Both the position numbers and the translations under genes were made by a program. The notes under the pieces were generated by a model that searched no databases, was not told where the DNA came from, and worked only from the letters and a program-made list of their open reading frames with translations. A stretch of DNA of 12,045 nt from a virus (Duplodnaviria > Heunggongvirae > Uroviricota > Caudoviricetes), in the IMG/VR virus record IMGVR_UViG_3300041407_000052, positions 92,348 to 104,392 of that record; one strand, 5' to 3'. The stretch's first letter is position 1. The number at the start of each line of letters is the position of its first letter. Below, in pieces: positions 6,316 through 12,045 of this stretch.

Positions 6316-6448
6316 CTTTACAGCTCCTCTTTTGTTTACAACGAATACATTGAATGTCTCAAGCTCTAACCGCATCCGTGATACGCTTGTATAGGTTGAC
6401 TACTTAAGAACAAGTTCACGGAACATAAACTTGCACTTCATTCAAATT

Positions 6449-6524
6449 TGGCTCCCCCGGCTGGATTCGAACCAGCGACCTAACGGTTAACAGCCGTTTG
6501 CTCTACCAACTGAGCTACAGAGGA
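6449..6524 (-). tRNA. tRNA-Asn(GUU)
   Basis: TCCTCTG/CGGGGGA acceptor, canonical D arm, loop CTGTTAA, T loop TTCGAAT, G73, CCA; close to enterobacterial tRNA-Asn. Confidence 0.95.
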
Positions 6525-6530
6525 ATTGTT

Positions 6531-6604
6531 TGGTGCGGGCGACAGGTTTCGAACCTGCAATATTTGGGTGGAAGCCAAAGGTGTTACCGTTACACTACGC
6601 ACGC
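6531..6604 (-). tRNA. tRNA-Gly(UCC)
   Basis: GCGTGCG/CGCCCGC acceptor (U4.C69 mismatch), TTTGG-CTTCCAC-CCAAA, T loop TTCGAAA, A73, CCA. Confidence 0.9.
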
Positions 6605-6613
6605 TTGTTCTTT

Positions 6614-6690
6614 TGGTGAGTCCCACGGGGTACGATCCCGCATCTTATCTGTTATGAGCAGACAGCATTAACCAATTATGCTAAAGACCC
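6614..6690 (-). tRNA. tRNA with CAU anticodon (elongator Met or lysidine-dependent Ile2)
   Basis: GGGTCTT/GGGACTC acceptor, GTCTG-CTCATAA-CAGAT, T loop ATCGTAC, CCA. No initiator hallmarks (no 3 G-C anticodon pairs, no C1.A72). Confidence 0.85.
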
Positions 6691-6702
6691 ATTTACTAAT
6701 TT

Positions 6703-6779
6703 TGGCAGGTCACCACAGATTCGAACTGCGTCCACAAGGATTTGGAATCCCGTATGCTTCGCCATCACAACCGTGACCT
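6703..6779 (-). tRNA. tRNA-Trp(CCA)
   Basis: AGGTCAC/GTGACCT acceptor with G73, loop TTCCAAA, T loop TTCGAAT, CCA; irregular D arm and G8. Confidence 0.85.
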
Positions 6780-6926
6780 ATTTGTTTGTTGTTACGATTT
6801 GGAAGGCATGAACACTAACATCAAATCACAACAAGCAATCCTTTACATCACCTGATTCCTTAGAGGAGAGGGCTAAGTACCAATTCATCAGTAAAGGAAG
6901 TGCTCTTTTGTCTGGATATACCGACC

Positions 6927-6958
6927 ATTATATAGAAACACTCCAATACTGTCAATAC
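6927..6958 (-). promoter_or_regulatory. Perfect-consensus sigma70 promoter of the tRNA operon
   Basis: GTA-TTGACA (6955-6950), 17 bp, TATAAT (6932-6927). Confidence 0.88.
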
Positions 6959-6992
6959 CTGTTTTCAAATTATTTAAAATCCTTCGTATTCC

Positions 6993-7160
6993 TCAAACAT
7001 CATAGTTCCTTCGCTTATAAGATGAGTTTTTGTTTGTCAATGATTCAAACGCATATTCAAACTTGAAATCCTTACCTTCACTAAGGTCTTCCGATTCCAG
7101 TTCATCATTAACCTCTTCCATTTCTTTCATTACATTTTCATAGCTATCGGGCTTATTCAC
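6993..7160 (-). CDS. 55-aa acidic hypothetical protein
   Basis: Below track cut-off. GAGG RBS, GTG start: MNKPDSYENVMKEMEEVNDELESEDLSEGKDFKFEYAFESLTNKNSSYKRRNYDV. Confidence 0.6.
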   Translation of the reverse strand: MNKPDSYENVMKEMEEVNDELESEDLSEGKDFKFEYAFESLTNKNSSYKRRNYDV

Positions 7161-7194
7161 ATTGTTCGTCCTCTGGTTAGTTAAAGAAGACTAC

Positions 7195-7227
7195 ACTCTA
7201 CACCTAATAGTATGAAAATGTCAATAC
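7195..7227 (-). promoter_or_regulatory. Sigma70-like promoter for the 55-aa ORF
   Basis: GTA-TTGACA (7224-7219), 18 bp, TAGAGT (7200-7195). Confidence 0.5.
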
Positions 7228-7228
7228 G

Positions 7229-7423
7229 TTACAACAATGCTTCGATTAGGTCATAACCATCGTCAGCTGACAAGTCTCGAAGCCAAACTCTATATAGAAT
7301 TTCTTTGATTTCAGATTGTCGGTCACCATGAGTTCCATTTGCATACACACCATGCTTTGGACAATCAGGGTTCTCAGAAATCCATGGACCACCGATTAAA
7401 TAACATTCATATTCACAAAGCAT
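7229..7423 (-). CDS. Small Cys/His-containing hypothetical protein (64 aa)
   Basis: Start reassigned from 7444 to ATG 7423 (GAGGA RBS, TAATG overlap with upstream stop); MLCEYECYLIGGPWISENPDCPKHG... Confidence 0.7.
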   Translation of the reverse strand: MLCEYECYLIGGPWISENPDCPKHGVYANGTHGDRQSEIKEILYRVWLRDLSADDGYDLIEALL

Positions 7424-7722
7424 TAATCGTTCCTCATAACCCATTTAACAGCTTTGACAATCACATCACCATGACAGCTTTGTGGTTTGCAGAAACAACC
7501 AAGACGTTTGCCTGATAATGATCGCAACATATCTTGGGTTACAAATCCTTGTTTCATTTGATGCCACAGATAATCCTTGTAGGAGGAAACAGCTTCGTCA
7601 CGTGTTTCAACCTTGTACAACGCTTTGGTTTCAGGAAGGTGACTGAATGGATTACCCCATGCTGATCCTCTTCCGACATAGACATCATACTCCTCTTTGT
7701 ATTTATTGACCACGGTGCACAT
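7423..7722 (-). CDS. DUF4326-like protein
   Basis: VYVGRGSAWGNPF...LSGKRLGCFCKPQSCHGDVI pattern. Start reassigned to ATG 7722 because a separate ORF ends at 7727. Confidence 0.8.
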   Translation of the reverse strand: MCTVVNKYKEEYDVYVGRGSAWGNPFSHLPETKALYKVETRDEAVSSYKDYLWHQMKQGFVTQDMLRSLSGKRLGCFCKPQSCHGDVIVKAVKWVMRND

Positions 7723-7726
7723 TATG

Positions 7727-7906
7727 TCACCACTTCTCAAACGAGCTACAAGGGTCATAGACGCCGCTCATTGTGAATTCTGGGTCATGATCCACCTTAA
7801 AGGTTAAAACGTCTCCTGTGTGGGTTGTGAGGCTTGCTGAACCACATGAAGCATCTGCCAACACTGCACCACCGTGAAAGTTGTTATCACCAAAATCAAA
7901 ACTCAC
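7727..7906 (-). CDS. 59-aa hypothetical protein
   Basis: Below track cut-off. GAGGT RBS, GTGA overlap with upstream stop: MSFDFGDNNFHGGAVLADASCGSASLTTHTGDVLTFKVDHDPEFTMSGVYDPCSSFEKW. It fills the gap exactly. Confidence 0.65.
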   Translation of the reverse strand: MSFDFGDNNFHGGAVLADASCGSASLTTHTGDVLTFKVDHDPEFTMSGVYDPCSSFEKW

Positions 7907-8151
7907 AAAATTACCTCGCTTTCTACAACCGAATATTTATCCAAACCATTTTGCATACGTTCAATCAATGAACCCTCCAGACCCATTTCATGAAGCTTGA
8001 CAGACGCATTACGATAGTGGTCATGTTCTATAGCCTGACACCAGTCACGTAGGTACTCAGCAGTCTCAAGTCTCGCACATGAATGCATAACACCATTACC
8101 ATGACTACCGTTAATTACAACATTCCACGTATACATAATCCCATCATTCAT
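7903..8151 (-). CDS. Hypothetical protein (82 aa)
   Basis: GAGG RBS, overlaps neighbouring genes in operon fashion. Confidence 0.72.
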   Translation of the reverse strand: MNDGIMYTWNVVINGSHGNGVMHSCARLETAEYLRDWCQAIEHDHYRNASVKLHEMGLEGSLIERMQNGLDKYSVVESEVIL

Positions 8152-8617
8152 CTCGAAACCTCACTGATTGTAAAAATTCATCATCGTATTCACAGTATTC
8201 GATGTCGTTTGCTTGTGGTTCCATGATACTCGGTTCTACAACCTTGTCAACCACTATGTTCACTTCTTTTTGAATTCTCTTGGTTCCAAAGAAATTAATG
8301 TCAAGGTTCACACTCTTATACACCCAACTCTTGTTACCATTAGATCTTGGTTTGTCAGCATCCAGTACACCGCCATCATACATCTTCTTTAACGATCTTG
8401 CTACAGCCTTCCATTCCAAACCGATTGCATTACCAATGGTGACCTGTGTTTCATAATGACCACATCCTGAATTGTTGAAGTACGTGGTTCTTGCGTACAT
8501 GTAGATCAGTACCAGCTTATCAACAGCAGTAAGGTCTACTGGTTCACCTGTTGATTTACTTACGAATCCTGTAGCACTCATCAGATTCTTAGGTGCCTTG
8601 TAAAACTCACTACTCAT
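8144..8617 (-). CDS. Winged-helix DNA-binding protein (HTH_36/replication-initiator-N-like)
   Basis: LTAVDKLVLIYMY...ETQVTIGNAIGLEWKAVARSLKKMYDGGVL fits a wHTH pattern; acidic C-tail. The track's GTG 8647 lies next to the -10 box, so ATG 8617 is preferred (start uncertain). Confidence 0.68.
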   Translation of the reverse strand: MSSEFYKAPKNLMSATGFVSKSTGEPVDLTAVDKLVLIYMYARTTYFNNSGCGHYETQVTIGNAIGLEWKAVARSLKKMYDGGVLDADKPRSNGNKSWVYKSVNLDINFFGTKRIQKEVNIVVDKVVEPSIMEPQANDIEYCEYDDEFLQSVRFRDE

Positions 8618-8647
8618 TTTCCTACACTCTGTTCTGTAATTCCACAC

Positions 8648-8676
8648 ACCATACCCATGAGAGGATGTGTACGCAA
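8648..8676 (-). promoter_or_regulatory. Leftward sigma70-like promoter
   Basis: TTGCGT (8676-8671), 17 bp, TATGGT (8653-8648), A-rich upstream. Confidence 0.55.
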
Positions 8677-8681
8677 GCTTT

Positions 8682-8722
8682 TCTTTCTTACTACTTATCT
8701 GTCTTACTCAGTCTTTCTTACT
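8682..8722. repeat. Three TCTTACT repeats in a pyrimidine/AT-rich tract
   Basis: TCTTACT at 8686, 8702, 8716; TCTTTCTTACT at 8682 and 8712. Confidence 0.75.
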
Positions 8723-8726
8723 TCAG

Positions 8727-8802
8727 ACCCTCTGAGGGTGGTGACACACCTACCTGACAGGGTGGTGACATTGTATTTGACCTACCTCAGAGGGTGGTGA
8801 AA
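8727..8802. repeat. Three AGGGTGGTGA direct repeats plus 10-bp inverted repeat
   Basis: Copies at 8735, 8759, 8791; the last two are preceded by CCTACCT-N3. CCCTCTGAGG (8728-8737) is the exact reverse complement of CCTCAGAGGG (8785-8794). Confidence 0.85.
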
Positions 8803-8809
8803 ATATTCG

Positions 8810-8837
8810 TTGACATGATGAATAGAAGGTGTAGAAT
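8810..8837 (+). promoter_or_regulatory. Rightward sigma70-like promoter
   Basis: TTGACA (8810-8815), 16 bp, TAGAAT (8832-8837). Confidence 0.65.
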
Positions 8838-8861
8838 TGCCGACATCAACCAATTAGGAGA

Positions 8862-9056
8862 ATGATTGTGGTACGAGTAGTAGAGAAAGCCCGTTGCAAA
8901 CAAACCACTTGTAATAAATGCAGAACTGTATTAGAGTACGAATTCTCCGACATTGTAACAACTGTTGAGCGAGATTATACAGGATGTGGTGACAGCGTTT
9001 CACGAATCCATTGTCCTGTTTGCAATAGTCACCCTGCCGTTTCATCGCGTTTCTGA
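8862..9056 (+). CDS. Zn-ribbon small protein
   Basis: 64 aa, AGGAG RBS, CNKC...CPVC. Confidence 0.78.
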   Translation: MIVVRVVEKARCKQTTCNKCRTVLEYEFSDIVTTVERDYTGCGDSVSRIHCPVCNSHPAVSSRF

Positions 9057-9067
9057 GGAGATACAAA

Positions 9068-10204
9068 ATGCAAGTAATCGAATTTATCAAACAGAACGGT
9101 ACTGATGCAGAAAGCATCGAAGCAGGTCTGAAAGCTTTGACGGAACAGTTCGCAATCAGTGTCAAGAAAGTGGATGACCTTCTGGTTCTGAACTACAACC
9201 AGATTGATAGCCCGAAGACTCATCCTTATGTGATGGAATGTCGCAGTCTGATTCTGGAAGCCGAAACACTGAATGTTGTTAGTCGTTCCTTTGATCGCTT
9301 CTTCAACTATGGTGAGGCATTGAATGTCATGCCTGAGATTGACTGGAAGCGTGCTGTAGCCTTTGAAAAGGTTGATGGTAGCCTGATTAAGATATACAAC
9401 CACAAAGGTCACTGGTACATCTCTACTAAGGGTACAGCATATGCAGACAGTGATTGCATGGGTTATGGTGTTACATTCAGGGAATTGGTTTGGAAAGCAA
9501 TCGGTGTAAGCAATGACGAAGAGTTCCAGCTGAAAATGCGTATGTGCATCTTTGATGAATCTGTAACTTATATGTTCGAACTGACATCAGTTGAGAATCG
9601 TGTTGTCAAGCGTTACGATGGATACAAACTACATTTCTTGGGTGCACGGTGCAATGACACGGGTATGTATGTTTGTGAGGAAGAGAAGAACTGGTTCCTT
9701 GATCCACACAGCGATATTGACTTTATTCACTACCCTAAAGAATACCGATTCAACACCGTTGAAGAATGTCTGCGTACTTCTCGTGAGTTGAAAGACCTTG
9801 ACGAAGGTTACGTTATCTACCAAGATGGTGTTCCGATTGCAAAAGTGAAGTCGCCAGCTTATGTTGCTGTGCACCATATTCGTGGTGAAGGTTTGAATCC
9901 TAAGCGAATTATGCAACTGGTACTAGTGAATGAGCAAGATGAATACTTGCAATACTTCCCAGAAGATCGTGAAGTGTTTATTCCTTATGTTGAAGCTAAG
10001 AATACACTTGACCATCAACTACATGCTGTGTACAATTCTTGCAAATGGATTGATAATCAAAAAGAGTTTGCCGTTCACGCTCAACAATATCCTTTTAAAT
10101 CAGCATTGTTCCAAGCACGAGCTAAGCAGATTGGTGTTCTTCAAGCATTCAACGATCAGCGCGAAAGTTACAAAATGGAAATTCTCAAGGAGTATGTAGT
10201 TTGA
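9068..10204 (+). CDS. rnlA: RNA ligase, T4 Rnl1 family
   Basis: 378 aa; motif I EKVDGSL, MFELTS (III), EGYVI (IV), KVKS (V); GAGGAG RBS. Confidence 0.92.
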   Translation: MQVIEFIKQNGTDAESIEAGLKALTEQFAISVKKVDDLLVLNYNQIDSPKTHPYVMECRSLILEAETLNVVSRSFDRFFNYGEALNVMPEIDWKRAVAFEKVDGSLIKIYNHKGHWYISTKGTAYADSDCMGYGVTFRELVWKAIGVSNDEEFQLKMRMCIFDESVTYMFELTSVENRVVKRYDGYKLHFLGARCNDTGMYVCEEEKNWFLDPHSDIDFIHYPKEYRFNTVEECLRTSRELKDLDEGYVIYQDGVPIAKVKSPAYVAVHHIRGEGLNPKRIMQLVLVNEQDEYLQYFPEDREVFIPYVEAKNTLDHQLHAVYNSCKWIDNQKEFAVHAQQYPFKSALFQARAKQIGVLQAFNDQRESYKMEILKEYVV

Positions 10205-10599
10205 AAGGTTATGTAAATGTGCACGTTGATCAAATCAATGAAGCAGTTGCTGGGTTCAATAAACAACGTGCTGCTGGTAAAGTTATTCGAGATAAAGGTA
10301 TTGAACTGTACTACCAAAAGTATTTCACAGATGGTAGTTGGTTAACCAAATGGTTGAATCGAAACCGCACACCGATTCAATTTGCTAGAAAGAATGTTCC
10401 AGCATTTGGTAGCTGGGATGATTTATTTCACTCAGTGTTGACAACTGAAGAAAATGATCTTCTTGGTTGGTGGGCATGGAACAACAGCGACCATAAGATT
10501 CAACCTCTTAAATCACTTGTTTCACAATCAGCAACTGGGTTCGTACTGGTTGATAATGAAATGGCAACAATGATCGAAAATTATAGGAGTTACAAGTAA
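10201..10599 (+). CDS. Hypothetical protein (132 aa)
   Basis: TTG start overlapping ligase stop (TTGA), GGAG RBS; abuts PseT gene. Confidence 0.72.
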   Translation: MKGYVNVHVDQINEAVAGFNKQRAAGKVIRDKGIELYYQKYFTDGSWLTKWLNRNRTPIQFARKNVPAFGSWDDLFHSVLTTEENDLLGWWAWNNSDHKIQPLKSLVSQSATGFVLVDNEMATMIENYRSYK

Positions 10600-11478
10600 T
10601 TGAAAGCGTTTATTACAGTTGGTGTAAGTGCAAGTGGTAAAACCACATTTGCAAATGAGCTTGTTGCTCAAGGTTTCCGTGATATTAATCGGGATTACAT
10701 TCGATTCAATGTCGTATGTCCGGGTTCGAACTGGAGCAACTACAAGTTCAATGGTAAGAACGAAAAGGAAGTAACCCAAATCCATGAACAAATGATCTTG
10801 GAAAGTTGGGCTCGTGAAGAGAATATTGTAATCAGCGATACCAACTTGAATGCGGGTCGTCGTAACAATCTGGTGCGAACGCTCCAAGACCTTGGCTATG
10901 TTGTTGAAATCAAAGAGTTTCATGTTGCACAAGAGACGGCGTACAAGCGTGACCGTCTGCGACCAAATGGTGTTGGTGAAGGTGTAATCTATCGTCAGTT
11001 CAAAGATTACCATGATTATGTCGGGCGTCTGACATATGTTGCTGATGAAAGTTTGCCGAAAGCTGTTATCTTTGATGTTGACGGAACCATTGCAAGCATG
11101 GATGGTCGTGGTCCATTTGAATGGAAACGTGTTGGTGAGGATAACCCTCGTGAATTCGTAATTCAAATGTTGCGTAACTATGCAATGATGGGTTACATTA
11201 TCATTATCTGCTCAGGTCGAGATGATATCTGCCGTGGCGAAACCATCGAATGGTTGAATGAAAAAGTAGGCGAGATGTTTTATCATTTGTTGTATATGCG
11301 TAAGAATGGTGACTTCCGAAAAGATAATGCTGTAAAAGAAGAAATCTTCTGGACACACCTCGCACATAAGTATAACATTGTTGCCTGTGTTGATGACCGA
11401 CCACAAATGATTCGTCTTTGGCATGAATTGAAGATTCCAAACGTGATCGCTGTCGCTGATCCGTACATTGAGTTTTAA
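10600..11478 (+). CDS. pseT: Polynucleotide 5'-kinase/3'-phosphatase, T4 PseT family
   Basis: P-loop GVSASGKTT, INRD, RxxxR (RDRLR); HAD phosphatase DVDGT, SGR, DDR; TTG start. Confidence 0.93.
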   Translation: MKAFITVGVSASGKTTFANELVAQGFRDINRDYIRFNVVCPGSNWSNYKFNGKNEKEVTQIHEQMILESWAREENIVISDTNLNAGRRNNLVRTLQDLGYVVEIKEFHVAQETAYKRDRLRPNGVGEGVIYRQFKDYHDYVGRLTYVADESLPKAVIFDVDGTIASMDGRGPFEWKRVGEDNPREFVIQMLRNYAMMGYIIIICSGRDDICRGETIEWLNEKVGEMFYHLLYMRKNGDFRKDNAVKEEIFWTHLAHKYNIVACVDDRPQMIRLWHELKIPNVIAVADPYIEF

Positions 11479-11487
11479 GGAGAAGGT

Positions 11488-11685
11488 ATGAATAACCCTA
11501 AGTTTGGAAAAGGTGATGCGGTTCGAATTACATATAACAGTTGTTATCATGGTTTTGAAATTGGTGAAATTGTAACTATTTCATCCATGACTGACTGGGG
11601 TAGTTATTTTGGATACGGTAATGATGGTGAAAAATGGGCGTTCGATGACGACGACTGCGAAGCAATCCAAGGAGTTCTGCAATGA
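11488..11685 (+). CDS. Small hypothetical protein (KOW/SH3-like start PKFGKGDAVRI)
   Basis: 65 aa, AAGGAG RBS. Confidence 0.72.
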   Translation: MNNPKFGKGDAVRITYNSCYHGFEIGEIVTISSMTDWGSYFGYGNDGEKWAFDDDDCEAIQGVLQ

Positions 11686-12045
11686 TTAAGTACAATGTAG
11701 GTAATATCCAAACCACTGTTCGTCAATGGAAGTTTCCTGACGGTTGTGTTGGTGTGGATATCCAAGTGGGTAGTCAGGCAAAAGACTTTACAAACGATCT
11801 GGTTAAAATCACTTGCATCTTTGGCAGTGAAGGGTTTACAATCAATGACGACATCATTGCACTTGCGATGGTTGTTGATTCTGTAAAACGTCAATATCCT
11901 GTTGCTAAGTTGGAACTGGAACTACCTTACATTCCATATAGTCGCCAAGATCGTGCTGTGAACGCTGGTGAGCCTAACAGCTTGAAAGTAATAGGAAAGA
12001 TGATCAACGCTATGGGTTTCTCATCAGTGTTCGTCCTTGACGCCC
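11682..12045 (+). CDS. prs: Ribose-phosphate pyrophosphokinase-like protein (5' part; runs off window end)
   Basis: Not in track. AAGGAG RBS, ATGA overlap; translated by hand MIKYNVGNIQTTVRQWKFPDGCVGVDI...ELPYIPYSRQDRAVNAGEPNSLKVIGKMINAMGFSSVFVLDA. FPDG and PYxxYxRQDR are PRPP-synthetase signatures. Confidence 0.88.
   Translation, partial: MIKYNVGNIQTTVRQWKFPDGCVGVDIQVGSQAKDFTNDLVKITCIFGSEGFTINDDIIALAMVVDSVKRQYPVAKLELELPYIPYSRQDRAVNAGEPNSLKVIGKMINAMGFSSVFVLDA

Noticed and set aside
4985-6369. Track ORFs 4985-5167, 5122-5316, 5406-5594, 5849-6043, 6136-6369
   Set aside because: Overlap tRNA genes in antisense or without RBS; better explained by RNA genes.
6868-6890. CTGATGA (hammerhead core / C-box) in the tRNA operon leader
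   Set aside because: No downstream GAAA or stem II/III arrangement needed for a hammerhead.
8682-8802. Short direct repeats as a mini-CRISPR array
   Set aside because: Repeats are only 10-22 bp with irregular 24/32-bp period, and there is no cas gene; binding-site array is more plausible.
10528-11166. 212-aa minus-strand ORF (also 9029-9412, 9629-9916, 11212-11550, 11604-11894)
   Set aside because: Antisense to well-supported ligase, PseT or Prs genes.

Overview
Tailed-phage genome segment (myovirus-like layout). The left 8.6 kb is transcribed leftward. It holds, in order: a winged-HTH gene and small hypothetical genes, a cluster of 10 CCA-encoding tRNA genes (Trp, CAU, Gly, Asn, Asp, Thr, Tyr, Pro, His, Ser) with two embedded micro-ORFs, a head-fibre-like gene, terS, a hypothetical gene, terL, portal and the start of an S49-type prohead protease. 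A repeat-rich divergent-promoter region (8648-8837) separates this from a rightward operon: Zn-ribbon protein, T4 Rnl1-type RNA ligase, PseT-type polynucleotide kinase/phosphatase and the 5' part of a PRPP-synthetase-like gene. The most striking observation is inside the tRNA cluster. Two tandem elements (5732-5812 and 5568-5660) fold by hand as circularly permuted tRNAs (T arm, then a loop-closed acceptor stem, then D arm), the topology of bacterial YrlA-type Y RNAs, in a genome that also encodes tRNA-repair enzymes. All folds were made by eye and all protein calls are motif-based. No searches were run.
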